A stretch of DNA of 52,036 nucleotides, filler included, from Catajapyx aquilonaris (GCA_000934665.2; 3 parts of 3 records of this genome joined end to end with filler, not necessarily neighbours in it), one strand, 5' to 3'. Positions 11,245 through 25,560 are shown, counted from the first letter of the whole stretch. The notes: generated by a model not told the origin, from the sequence alone. A program made the numbers and translations.

Positions 11245-12826
11245 GAGAAACCTGCCTTTTTTTGCTTTGCCATTTAAAAAATTTGTTATCTTGTAATAGA
11301 AAAGCTCGTGTGAATTCATACAGGAAGGATGCCACTGACTTATTTGACGGCATATAATCCCCCATTTCAGCAGATAATATTCATAAATAATACACATAAA
11401 AGCCGCAAGGAGACATTTTGAGCCATTTTTGGAGACAAAAGAGCGTCTTATATGCTGTCAAATACGCAAAACATTTGAAAGGTCTCATTCAAATTTATAT
11501 ACGGGAGGGAAGACACCCTGGTTGCGAAATTTGCCAATGTGCCTGCTGAGGTGGTTGAATATGGAGATGACCCTGTGGGAGTAGGGTCCAGAAATAAAAG
11601 TGGGGTATGTCATTCCCTTAAAAGATCAATGTTTATTCTCTTACTAGGAGCGGACCCATTGCCAAATTTTGGCATTGCTGCTTGCCCCCGGGCCTCCCGT
11701 CCCCAGAGCACCACCCGATAAGTGACGTAAATACATAAGAGAAAGGCAGTAACAGTTGGCTTAGCACATACAGTTATCTTGAAAATGTTTAATTGCAAGA
11801 AATATTGAAATATGGTGAATATTTACATATACCAGTCTATAGACAGGATTTTCTGCAGGTCAATAATATCAGCTGCATACAGAAGGAGGTGTACTTCTGG
11901 ATATAATTATTGCTAGCCAGGGACATTATTGGAACACCATTTCTTTGGAGATGGACGTCCGAGATTGACGGAATGGAAAAGCTCCAGTGATTATTGGATC
12001 ACTCTGCATGACACCAACTCCGAATGACAAGTGCTTCATTTACCAGGTTTTATGCCACGGATTCTAACAATCATTGTCACTCATTATGAAATATTTTTTC
12101 TCATGAACTAAATGTCCGACTCATAAAATTGCTCGTCATTGACCTAGTTGCCATTAAGAGTATATTGCCAATGGAGATTTGTTAAAAGTAAACCAGCAGT
12201 TCACTTTCCTGTCACAGGCGGATGAATGACAAATAATGTCGAGTGAAACACATTCGCATGTGCCCATGACAAGAGTGTGTCCCGAATGCATCGGAACAGT
12301 TGTTTTTATGGAGAAAGTGTGGGGAATGACGAAAGGAGCCATTAGCGGAGATCAGCGTTACGAGTAACGGCGATTATTCAGAGCAGGTGAATAGCGGATA
12401 ATGCCGTCCTTCCACTCCCTGGTGTGTGGCGACAGGAACGCACCCTCATTCGCATAAAAAAAAAAGAAGAGAGAAAAGAAAGATGGCCGCCTGAGGAACA
12501 ATTAATTTATTCTGTTTCGATTCTCTCTCTCCTTTTCGTGTGAATGGAACTCGTTTGAACCCGTCTCACAGTCCCCTGGATTCGATTGGAACCCGGAGGA
12601 GGAGGGAGAGGAGGAATTCTTCCCCCTTCCCCTCTCGTCCACACATCAATTGGCACTGTAGAGGAGGAAGGGTGAGTTGTAGTGGTGGGGTCTGATCTGA
12701 CTTGGATCACTTTGCCCACACTTCTCAGAGGAAATAATGTTCCTCCTCTTCAGCTGCCTTGATTAGTGCGGTACTAATTGACACGATGACAATCATGACC
12801 TCCACTCTTTGTGTGTGTGCAGGGCC

Positions 12827-14807
12827 ATGTCTTTGATCCTGAGGATAAAGAAGGAGGAGGAAGAGGAGGAGGAAGTGGCGGAGGAGGACATCACGACAGA
12901 GGAGGAGAGTTGGAGGCTAAGGGGGAAGGAGGAGGAAACACCGCCATGGTTGGACAATGAGTTTACTTCGCTCATGGGAGACGCCCTTCGTGAGGTCAAG
13001 AAGGAGGAAGAGGAGGAGGAGATGGTGGTGGACATGCCCAGGGAGGGTGATGATGAAGACGACCCTTTGGGTGTTGGATCAGGAGGGAATAGTGGGGTAA
13101 GCCATCTGCTGAAATTGCAGTATAATTTTACCCAGAAGCGACAACAAATCATCAATTCTAATCAAACACGTAGGCGTGGAAAAGATATTGTGGGAATACC
13201 CACCCTCTCTAATGTGATTAGAATAGACTTTTTCTTATTCTTTCAAGTATGAAACTTTATGGGTAATTTTTCCCCAAAGAAGGTAACATTAACCATGAAG
13301 TAGTCCGTTTGCCGCTATCTGTTGCGGTTTAGGCCCTGATACCTGTCAACAGACGGACAGACAGAGCCATTCTAAGAGACTTTTTTTCGATGACGATAAA
13401 ATGTCTAAAAAAGGGAAGAGCAAGAGGATGCACTATATTGAGCGCGCCGTATCTGACATCACGCATATCTCGACAATGGCTGCGAAGTGTGGGTTTTTAC
13501 GTTCACCAGTGAATTCTACGCATGTGATTTACCCACTGACCGCTTTTTGTCCAAATCCGTTAGTGGCACGTCACTGTCTTCCCTTGTAAGTTGCGCTTCC
13601 CCCCCCTCCCCCCTCCACAGGAGAAGGTTCTATTTGGCGCTGGCATCGCTACGCAGACCACTACTTTTAGAATCACGTTCGGGCGGACACTTTTCTGAAC
13701 CCACCTAAACCATTCTTCCCAATGCAGCTGGGTCAGTAGGGAAAGTCACAGAGCCAGCCACCTGAACAAGGCCCGGAGTAGTGCTTTGTGGAGGGACGGC
13801 GCAGTGGCTCACGCATAGGGGGAGGGAGTTGCGCGACCTGAGTAATAGGCCGTGGCCCAGACTACTGCATACTGATCAATGAAATGCATCGGAAATGCGA
13901 AATTATAGCTCATTCATAAATTACACGGGACCAAAAAAAAAAAATCCTCCATTTTCTTTTTCCGTTTCCTTCGCGCCATTGGAAAGCTTCACAATTTCCA
14001 TACTTTGTACTATTAATTAATGCCCTATAATAATTTACATTTCAGGTCCTGCATGGGACAAGTGAAGATGGAGTCGAAGAGAGTGAGATGCAAGAGGAAA
14101 GGAGCAGAGGAATATGCGATAGAAAAAATCCATTTCAGTGTAGCATGTGCCAGAAACCTTGTGGCACCCAGCATGATTTGAAATTGCACATGATGATTCA
14201 TAGTAGTAGCACTTATTGCCACATTTGCCAGATAAAATTTGATGATTCGACTCAGCTGCAGTCTCACAATCGAATTCATCCAGTCAAGGGGGCATTTATT
14301 TGTGAGGTCTGCCAGAAAAAATTTAAACGTCCAAGTGATTTGAAAATTCACATGCGCATTCACACAGGAGAAAAACCATTCACCTGTGAGGTGTGCCAGA
14401 AACAATTTAATCACCCAAGTGATTTGAAAAAGCACAAGAGCATTCATACAGGAGAAAAACCATTTGCTTGTGAGGTGTGCCAGAAAAAATTTAATCGTCC
14501 AAGTGTTTTGAAAAATCACATGCGTATTCATACAGGAGACAAACCATTTGCTTGTGAGGTGTGCCAGAAAGATTTTCGTGATTCAAGTAACTTGAAGGTG
14601 CACATGCGAATTCATACAGGAGAAATACCATTCACTTGTAAGGTCTGCCAGAAAATATTTCGTCATTTATGTCAGTTGAAAAAGCACATTAAAATGCATA
14701 CAGGAGAAAGACCATTTACTTGTGAGGTGTGTCTGAAAAAATTTCGTGATTCAAGTAAATTGAAGAATCACATGCTCATTCATACAGGAGACACACCATT
14801 CACTTGA
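12827..14807 (+). CDS. C2H2 zinc-finger protein, unit 4 (acidic exon + 8 fingers; ninth finger cut by TGA)
   Basis: Exon 12827-13096 (|gtaagc) and exon 14046-14807 (tttcag|VLHGTSE). The stop occupies the first Cys codon of a ninth finger. Confidence 0.86.
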
Positions 14808-14881
14808 TACGTGTGTGAGACAAAATTTCGTGATTTATGTAAGTTGAGAAATCGCCAGGAACAGTGCATAGGAACATAAAC

Positions 14882-15041
14882 TGTGACGTCCCATACCCCA
14901 GGGGGGTTGGGTCGGACCATTTCCCTCCCTTTCATCGGGTGGAGAGGAAGATGGGCCCAGGAGGGGCCACTTGTAATCCGAGCTCACCAGAGCAACGATG
15001 GACAATAAACTTGTGTTGAGTGGAACCTTGTCTGCCTGTCA
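14882..15041 (+). mobile_element. Possible solo-LTR fragment
   Basis: Starts TGTGACG, contains AATAAA and ends ...TGTCA. It replaces the 3' UTR sequence found after the other ZF exons. No TSD seen. Confidence 0.35.
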
Positions 15042-15159
15042 TTCCCTTAAAAGATCAATGTTTATTCCCTTACTAGGAGCGGACCCATTGCCAAATTTTG
15101 GGATTGCTCCTTGCCCCCCGTCCCCGTAGCACCATCCGATTAGTGACATAAATACATAA

Positions 15160-15405
15160 CGTCGCTGTGGAGTCAAAACCGCGTAACTCGCTCTTCGGCC
15201 AATTTCGGGTTTTTGATCCTGAAAATCAGGGATTTTGCGCTGCATCTGCCATCAAAACGGCGTAATTTTTTGCCCAATAGGAGCGAAGATATGGCCAGGA
15301 GAAGCAATTAAATCTCAATGCAAGTGTAATTTTTGTATGTAGTTATTTTGCTCTCCTGAAAAATTAGTATTATTCGAGTTACGTGGTTTTGACTCCACAG
15401 CGACG
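15160..15405. mobile_element. Sola-like MITE
   Basis: TIRs CGTCGCTGTGGAGTCAAAACC / GGTTTTGACTCCACAGCGACG with a 4-bp TSD ATAA. The paralogous empty site has a single ATAA at 11735-11738. Confidence 0.8.
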
Positions 15406-16347
15406 ATAAAAGAAAGACAGTAACAGTTGGCTTAGCATATACAGTATATTATCATCTTGTAAATGTTTGAATCGCAAATATATCGAAATATGGTGAATAT
15501 TTACATACTGTATACCAGTCTAGAGACTGGATTTTCTGCTGGTCCATCCCGTCTGCATACAGAAGGAGGTGTACTTCCGGATATAATTATTGCTAGCCAG
15601 GGACATTATTGGAACACCATTTCTTTGGAGATGGACGTCCGAGATTGACGGAATGGAAAAGCTCCAGTGATTATTGGATCACTCTGCGTGACACCAACTC
15701 CGAATGACGAGTGCTTCGTCATTTACCTGCCTTTTTTTTTTTTTGGCACTGATTCAAACAATCATTGTCACTCATTATGAAATGTATTAAATGGGTAAAA
15801 AAATTTAAATTTAAAATTTAATTTAAATTTAAAAAATTTAAATTTAAATGGGTATGAATGACGAAAGGAGCCATTAGCGGATAACAGCTATACGAGTAGC
15901 GGCGATTATTCAGAGCTGGGGAATAGCGCGTAAGCCCGTCCTTCCAACCAGGTGTGGGGGTAGGAACGCACCCTCATTTGCATAAATAAAAGAAAAGAAA
16001 AGAGAAAAGAAAGATGGCCGCCTGAAGAATATTCTGTCCTCTCCTTTCGTGTGAATGGAACTCGTTTGAACCCGTCTCACAGTCCCCTGGATTCCATTGG
16101 AACCCGGAGGAGGGAGAGGGACTCCTCTTCCCCCTTCCCCTATCGACCACGCATCAATTGGCACTCTGGAGGGAAGAAGAAGGGTGAGTTGAAATAGTGG
16201 TGGGGGATGGAACTGATCTGATTTGCTTCCCTTTGCCCACACTTCTCAGAGGAATAATGTTCCTCATCTTCAGTATTGTTGCCTTGACTGGAATACTCCT
16301 TGACATGACTATACATGACACCTCCACACCCTTGTGTTTGCAGGACC

Positions 16348-16608
16348 ATGTCTTTGATCCTGAGGATAAAGGAGGAAGGGGAAGTGAAGGAGGAGGAGGA
16401 CATCACAGTGGACGAGGAGAGTTGGAGGCTGAGGGTGAAGGAGGAGGAGGAAGCACCACCACCATGGCTGGACAACGATTCTACTTCGCTCATGGAAGAC
16501 ACTCTCCTCGAGGTCAAGGAGGAGGAGGAGGAGATGGTGGTGGACATGCCCAAGGAGGGTGATGGTGACGACGACCCTTTGGGTGTTGGACCTGGTGGGA
16601 ATAGTGTG
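16348..16608 (+). CDS. C2H2 zinc-finger gene unit 5, acidic exon only (ZF exon beyond contig end)
   Basis: MSLILRIKEEGEVKEEEDITVDEESWRLRVKEEEE...DDPLGVGPGGNSV|gtaagc is paralogous to the acidic exons of units 2-4. Confidence 0.75.
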
Positions 16609-17252
16609 GTAAGCCATCTGCTGAAATCTATAATATTAAAATGCTTGCGATGTTTGGCCGAGCCCTCTGATTGGTCCGCCCCCGTATTGTTGCCACCACC
16701 TCTTCCCATTGGCCCCCGTCCATTGTTGCTGCGACGTATCCATGACGCATTGTTACCACGACGCCTCCGATTGGCCACCCGTTCCGAGCATGCGCAATGG
16801 GGGTGGAACACGTCCAGTTGCATGTTGACCTCCTTGGGAGAAGGTCGCTTTTTTTCGTCTCTCCCGCCGTCATTGTCACCTGCCGGACCTTTTCCCATTC
16901 CCCACCCACCCTATACCTGTGCCCCCCTCGCCACGGGGCCCTGGTGGCTCATGTCAAGTATACGGGACATTCGCCGAATCAATTTGTTCGTAACCCAGCA
17001 ACTTACGATTCGACCTGACCGATGACAATGTGACCCCATCTGTAACAACTTTGCGCCAAAATAAACCATTTAAATTTGTGGTGGTCCTTTTGATTGTAAA
17101 ATGCCAGGGGAAAAAATCATCTACAGGCGGGTGTTCCAGAAATATACTTTTCCGAATCGTCCGGCTCTCAGAAAGTCGATGGGCCTAACAGTTTACTCAG
17201 TCATTTTTTTTTTTTTTTTTTTTGCATTACCCATATCTATTGCGCATATATG

Positions 17253-17352
17253 NNNNNNNNNNNNNNNNNNNNNNNNNNNNNNNNNNNNNNNNNNNNTTAA
17301 TTAATTAANNNNNNNNNNNNNNNNNNNNNNNNNNNNNNNNNNNNNNNNNNNN
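17253..17352. other. Artificial contig spacer
   Basis: 44 N + TTAATTAATTAA (stops in all six frames) + 44 N. Confidence 0.98.
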
Positions 17353-17373
17353 GGCCCCGATGGGCGGATCAAG

Positions 17374-18795
17374 GTGGACACGGTCTGCTTCTACTGCGCA
17401 CAAGGAGGGTACCCACAAATACTGCATCTCGGAGTGTTCGATCCATCTGGTGACGGTGGTGGAGGCATGGTGAATCTCTTCTTTCGAGACTACGATGTGA
17501 AGAAGATGAATGGAGGGGTTGTCAGAACTCGTTTCTACGTAGACATTGACATGCCAGCTGCGAGGATGCAGAAGGAGGCTGAGGGTGAGTTTATTATCGA
17601 GCTATACCCGCGAATTGCAATATTTGCGGAAGATACTTTACGGGGGATTGTTGAGTACACTTCGGAGGAATTTCGTGTGGAGCTGGACTCTCGTTACCCA
17701 AACGGAACCTGGGGAGGGTTGGTGGGTAGTCTGGTGCAGAACAAGTCTGATGCCCTGCCAGTCATTCTCCCTTCTGAGGAATCACACTCAGTCATTAGCA
17801 TTCCCCAGGCTTACTTGTTCGCACATGGAACTGGCTTGACAAGAATCCCTCGAGGCATAGTGACCTGGAAGGTGATCTTTATGCCTTATCCACTTCTGGT
17901 GTGGGTCTTGATTGTTGTCAGCTTAATCACATTGTTTATTTCCGCGTGTTACATATCCAAATGGAGACGCAGTTCGACCAATACTCTTTCACTGTCACAA
18001 TCAGTCGGCCTCATTTTGCGAACTTTGATAGAACAGAACCGAAACCTCACTGGAAGGCATTTCTCTCTCACCTTCACTGCATGTATGCTCATGTTTGTCA
18101 CCGTGATCATAACCGGTTACAAAGCCAAGCTGGTGTCCTTCCTGACATGGCCCCCGAAAGAATTGGTTCCAACCAATGCAGTAGAATTTCTTAATTCCAA
18201 CTGGAAATTGGAAGCGGATGTCTTGAACTATCTCGTCTTAAGTCACTACGGTAAAATGGCTCAAAATCCAGTCACCCTGGGGATATGTAAGCGTATGCAA
18301 ATGAAGGGCACTATCCAGGATTGTCTCCGTAAAACTCGAAAGGAGAACGTTGTCTGCCTTGGTATCAACCTTCTTCTGGAGCAAGAAACGTATCTCCACA
18401 CGAGCAGTGATGGTACTCTAAATCTGCAGTACGCCCAAGAAGAAAGATTCCCTGGATATGCCTTTGCCGGTACATCTAAGGGCCAAACCCAATTGTCCCA
18501 CATGTTCAGAAAAATTGTGAACCTGGGTGTGGAGTGCAATTTATTCTACACGGCCATCGAGCAGGAGAAGTACATGAACTTCCTCCGCAACCTGAGGAGG
18601 ATCCTAAAGGCGGAAGAGATCGCTGCCAAGACATACGTTCGAGATGAAGTGATGACAATGGATAAGTTGGGAGCCATCTTCAACATGTGGCTTCTTGGTC
18701 TAGTGGGTGGAATGGTGGTACTAGTGGCAGAGATGGTTCATTTTTATCGAAATATATCTGGCAGAACACATCCGTTTGTACAAATAATACTATGA
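17374..18795 (+). CDS. Divergent ionotropic receptor (variant iGluR), intronless, 5'-truncated by the spacer
   Basis: S1 lobe YPNGTWGGLVGSLVQNKSD. TM1 PYPLLVWVLIVVS. Pore region LIEQ. M3-type GYKAKLVSFLTWP (SYTANL equivalent). Final TM LGAIFNMWLLGLVGGMVVLVAEM. Confidence 0.88.
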   Translation: MDTVCFYCAQGGYPQILHLGVFDPSGDGGGGMVNLFFRDYDVKKMNGGVVRTRFYVDIDMPAARMQKEAEGEFIIELYPRIAIFAEDTLRGIVEYTSEEFRVELDSRYPNGTWGGLVGSLVQNKSDALPVILPSEESHSVISIPQAYLFAHGTGLTRIPRGIVTWKVIFMPYPLLVWVLIVVSLITLFISACYISKWRRSSTNTLSLSQSVGLILRTLIEQNRNLTGRHFSLTFTACMLMFVTVIITGYKAKLVSFLTWPPKELVPTNAVEFLNSNWKLEADVLNYLVLSHYGKMAQNPVTLGICKRMQMKGTIQDCLRKTRKENVVCLGINLLLEQETYLHTSSDGTLNLQYAQEERFPGYAFAGTSKGQTQLSHMFRKIVNLGVECNLFYTAIEQEKYMNFLRNLRRILKAEEIAAKTYVRDEVMTMDKLGAIFNMWLLGLVGGMVVLVAEMVHFYRNISGRTHPFVQIIL

Positions 18796-18978
18796 ATCTA
18801 GCTATCACCAACTATCACCTAATGTTCTTCTAAATAATATTTAGAAGAACATATGTAATCATACCTCCGATACTTGATAACCGTATGGGATTTTAATTCC
18901 TACGACCATCATGACCGATGACCACATGAAATAGGCAGAAAGAATATAAGGATCCAATTTTAACTGACACCATGACTA

Positions 18979-20057
18979 CCCTTACCGAAATTTTCTCTAC
19001 CTCGCGGCGAGGTCGTCAGACGAGCTTATGGCCACCCAACCGCATACTAGCGGTTGTTTCATTTCGCTATGTCGCGGGCGAAGTCGCGGCGAGGTGGCGG
19101 TGGCGAGGTGGTCGCAAGGTGGCGGTGGCGAGGTGGTCGCGAGGTGGCCACCTCGCCAGCCAAGGTAGTCGCGAGGTACCCACCTTGCCAGCCAAGGTAG
19201 TCGCGAGGTACCCACCTCGCGACCACCTCGCCACCCGAGGTAGTCGCGAGGTAACCCCCTCGCGACCACCTCGCCACTATATTGATATTATATATAAATT
19301 AATTTCGGTAAGGGGACCTCGTCATGACGAGCTAGCCGCTACTTGGCGCCGAGCAAGTCATACTGGGGATGGGGAAGTGGCTTTTTCGCTTTTTATTATT
19401 CGCTTCTTCGCATGGTTGGTTGCTTGGTTTTCGTGGAAGTGCGGAGGTGCCCGGCTTGTATGGCTCTTTCATACCGCGGATTGTCCTGCTCGCACCAAAC
19501 ACCATTGCCATTTAACGACTCTAGCAAATTAATGTCACAATGAAGTACCTCGGGGGTAAATGAGCCGCATGCAGTGGAGTATCCTGCCACCTTTGCACAT
19601 GGGTAATGGCCAAAATTTATTCTCATTGTTGTGGGATAAATCGGTGCAACGATACACCGACGGCAGCGCCATCTCCACGCGGGAAGCTGCCCCACATTCG
19701 AATAAATTGCTCGGCGCCAAGTAGCGGCTAGCTCGTCATGACGAGGTCAGAAATTGAGACTTGACCTCGCGGAATGACTTGCTCGTCATGACGAGGTCAG
19801 AAATTGATACTTGACCTCGCGGAATGACTTGCTCGGCGCCAAGTAGCGGCTAGCTCGTCATGACGAGGTCAGAAATTGAGACTTGACCTCGCGGAATGAC
19901 TTGCTCGGCGCCAAGTAGCGGCTAGCTCGTCATGAAGAGGTCAGGAGAATATTTGACAGCCGCGAGGTCCCGCGACGTGGCAGCTATCCTGAGGCGAGCT
20001 CGCCAGCTTCTGGCGAGCTAGCGGCAAGCTCGCGGCTAAGTTAAATTTTGGTAAGGG
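18979..20057. mobile_element. Non-autonomous DNA transposon with CCC termini and GC-rich internal repeats (CMC/EnSpm-like)
   Basis: TA|CCCTTACCGAAATTT ... AAATTTTGGTAAGGG|TA, with an extra right end at 19301-19314. Contains arrays of GCGAGGTGGTC and tandem units of about 70 bp at 19708-19943. Confidence 0.7.
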
Positions 20058-20199
20058 TACACTAGCATGGGAATATGACAGAAAATGTCAACATGAAAAT
20101 ATGTTATTAACAGTCCACATGATTGTAACAGATATTACACTATGATAATTGTAATAAATGTGTCTGCACACAGATATTGCACGGGTAACCGCTAGTTGA

Positions 20200-22708
<2,509 letters not shown>

Positions 22709-23124
22709 TAGACACTACACTATAATGTGGATCCTTCAGGTTAATAAAAATTACTTAGTGGAAATGAAACAATTTTTTCAGAGTAAGGTTTTTGCTACGA
22801 TTTATCGGCATGGCTCAACATTCACCTTGAATTCAAAAGAAGATCATTGTTGACGTCATTCGAGTAAATAAACAGGTTAGCACCTGAGGGTTCGGTGCCT
22901 TCTCTTTTTTTTTTACCTTTTACAAACAAGATGCCAGTCCTGTAATTATTATAAGAATGTAACATTTTTTATCATGCACTTAAAAATGTAGGCTGCATCA
23001 CAAAATTTACTTATTCCAATTTATTACTCTAGTACTACATGATTATATTATTACAATGTCGTTACCTGCTGAAAGGCACAATACTACAGTAATATGACCT
23101 ATCATGATTCATGAGAGAATTTCA

Positions 23125-23286
23125 CTAACAGACCTGCCTGTACTGGATCCCTTCGCGATTCATGTCTTTCACCTTCTTCATTGTTATGCGACCAAAGTAT
23201 GCCGCCACAAACGAGATGCCCGGAATCTTCAGCACAAAGGCGAAGAGAATGGTCAGAAAACGGAAGTAAGCGTACATGTACCATGG
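23125..23286 (-). pseudogene. Duplicated C-terminal fragment of the oxygenase-like gene
   Basis: PWYMYAYFRFLTILFAFVLKIPGISFVAAYFGRITMKKVKDMNREGIQYRQVC* is paralogous to the end of ORF 24430-25560. Confidence 0.85.
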
Positions 23287-23842
23287 AACATTTTTGTTTA
23301 GTCTTATTTGAACTAATTTATACAGTATTTATTGTCATTAACGTCATTTAACTAATATTAATAACTCTTATTAAAAACGAAGTAACTGTCCTTTTTGATA
23401 AGCATGATTAGAAAATTAACTGGATTTATTTAAATTCAACACTTTCATCAAACTTATTTTAGTATAATTTAATTTGTTTCAGTGAAATAAACAGATTTGT
23501 TTGCATTTATTATGTTAATGCACTCGTTTAGTTTCAATTAATTTTTCCGTTTGAAAATATTAAAATTAATTTAAATTGGTGAAGTCATTATTCAGTAATT
23601 TACACTGGTCAACAAAATGGAACTTTTTGTTCTCATCATGAATAAAAAATACTTTTTTCTGGATAAACGTTTCACGCTGATTCCAAGTTTTTTGCTACGA
23701 TTTATCATGGCCCAACACTCACCTTGAATTCAAAAGAAGATCATTGTTGACGTCATTCGAGTAAATAAACAGGTTAGCACCTGAGGGTTCGGTGCCTTCT
23801 ATTTTTTTAACCTTTTACAAACAAGATGCCAGTCGTATAATT

Positions 23843-24228
23843 GGACGGTGTTACGCAATAATGGGTCAACCCACAAAAAATGTCAAAATTGAGTTAAGCC
23901 GAGGAGGATAGTACATCACTTTATTCAGTCCTAATTATGGTGGCGAAATCTGCATACTTCTCGCACAAATGATCGGAAGGTTAACTCACAAAAAATAGTG
24001 TGCATGGATGGTGTTACGCAATAATGTGTCAACCCACGAAAAATGTCAAAATCGGGCTAATCATAAGCACATATACCTAAAGGATCCTACTTTATTCAGT
24101 TAAAATCATGCTGGTGAAATCTGCATGCTTTTGCCACAAATGACCGAAAAGAAAACTGGATTAATTTAACAGGCATTTTTTTTCAAGGATTCTCATGTGG
24201 GTTGACTCATTATTGCGTAACACTGTCC
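23843..24228. mobile_element. Sola-like MITE with internal duplication of about 163 bp
   Basis: TIR GGAC(G/A)GTGTTACGCAATAATG..TCAACCCACA with TSD AATT on both sides. The paralogous empty site has a single AATT at 22944-22947. Confidence 0.8.
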
Positions 24229-24429
24229 AATTATGTGAAGGTGACATTTTTCCAGTAAATACGTTACATTTTATCATGCAGTCAGAAATGTAGGCTACAG
24301 CACAAAATTCACTGTAGCAAACAAAATTTATTACTCTGGTTCTACTGTGTATGATTATATTTACTACGTCGTTACCTGCTGAAAGGCACAATACTACAGT
24401 AATATGACCTATCATGAGACATTGTTTCA

Positions 24430-25560
24430 CTACCGGACCTTCCTGTACTGGATCCCTTCACGATTCATGTCTTTCACCTTCTTCATTGCTACGCGGCCCA
24501 GGTAAGCTGCGACAAACGAGATGCCCGGAATCTTCAGCACAACTGTGAAGAGAAGAATCAACAAACGAAAATATGCTTGCGTGTACCACGGTACGACCTT
24601 CCTCAACACTTCGATTGCTTGGGGCACGTCGTTGACCCATGCCACGTACATGGCCACACTCTCAGGGAACAAACTCAGTAGTCTGAAGAAAGTACTGACC
24701 ATATTGCCACAATGTAAAACAATCCTGCCGAAGAACTCCTGGTCCTTGTTGAAAGTGGTTGGATGGGCAACAATCACTTCGTTCTTGTACTCGGTCACGA
24801 GGCTTCTCATCTGCTGGAGGTTGCCAAAAAATGGGTTGTACCGGTCCTCTACACCCAGGTGGTATGTGATGACTCGCATCATGTAGATGTAGTCCTCCAT
24901 CTCTTGGTCTGTGGCACCGTGGATGCCTATCTTATGAGGAGCGGTAAGGATAGCGTTGGATAAGTTCATCGAGGTCACTATGAAGTCGTATTGGGTCATG
25001 TACGTCTTATCCTGGGGCACTTGAGGAGGGTACGCGAAGGTGGACCGAGGAGGTACGACTGCAGACAGCTTTTCAAACAAAGTGCACTTGCTCTCTATTT
25101 CAGGCACGTTGGACGTGTCCATCTCAGCCTCAACCACGTTGTGTTTAAACTTGTTGGAAAATTCGGCCAATCTGGTATGCTTACGATGGACCCTCTTCAT
25201 GCTCCGGTGTGCGGGGTCATTCGGATCCCACAGGTCACCCTCGTACCAGGTCAGACCGTTGGAAAGCAAGCCAATACTCAACTGAAGGCAGCTCTGGACT
25301 CCCTCGTACTTGCGGAAGTACACGATCACCTTGAAGAGTGTCGGAAGCAGCACGTGAGATATGACTGCTAGGAAGTTGGACATCAGGACGCCGACCGGAT
25401 ACTTCCGGACAAAGTCCTGTCCCTTCTTGAACCTGTCCCTGTCCAGCCACGGAGGAGGTTGAGTAGTGTCGCTCACAAGAGGTGCTTCGTATGAGGACTC
25501 CAACTGATTCATGGAGCAAACCTCTGGAGGTGATTCAGGATCGTGCTTCTGGACCGACAT
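24430..25560 (-). CDS. ER-bound oxygenase MpaB / rubber oxygenase (Lcp, DUF2236)-like protein, intronless
   Basis: 376-aa ORF with PPWLDRDRFKKGQDF, TWYEGD..DP...AHRSMKRVHRKH, MTQYD, DYIYMMRVITYHLGVEDRYN and a C-terminal hydrophobic segment. This matches my recollection of the arthropod members of the family; assignment is by motif recall, not HMM. Confidence 0.8.
   Translation of the reverse strand: MSVQKHDPESPPEVCSMNQLESSYEAPLVSDTTQPPPWLDRDRFKKGQDFVRKYPVGVLMSNFLAVISHVLLPTLFKVIVYFRKYEGVQSCLQLSIGLLSNGLTWYEGDLWDPNDPAHRSMKRVHRKHTRLAEFSNKFKHNVVEAEMDTSNVPEIESKCTLFEKLSAVVPPRSTFAYPPQVPQDKTYMTQYDFIVTSMNLSNAILTAPHKIGIHGATDQEMEDYIYMMRVITYHLGVEDRYNPFFGNLQQMRSLVTEYKNEVIVAHPTTFNKDQEFFGRIVLHCGNMVSTFFRLLSLFPESVAMYVAWVNDVPQAIEVLRKVVPWYTQAYFRLLILLFTVVLKIPGISFVAAYLGRVAMKKVKDMNREGIQYRKVR

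Noticed and set aside
1770..14807. 84-bp periodic repeats as a CRISPR-like array
   Set aside because: They are in-frame C2H2 finger units in a eukaryotic genome, with no cas genes.
16609..17025. C-terminal extension of ORF 16315-17025
   Set aside because: Read-through past the conserved GTAAGC donor into GC-rich intronic or inserted sequence. No homology to the other units.
18822..18852. Perfect 15-1-15 palindrome after the IR stop as a terminator
   Set aside because: Eukaryotic context and AT-rich. More likely a local inverted duplication with no evidence of function.
18972..19532. 186-aa Arg-rich ORF and overlapping ORFs
   Set aside because: Product of GC-rich repeats inside a non-autonomous transposon.
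20160..20196. Helitron 3' end (GCACGGG..CTAG|T)
   Set aside because: The hairpin is degenerate and no matching 5' end can be identified.
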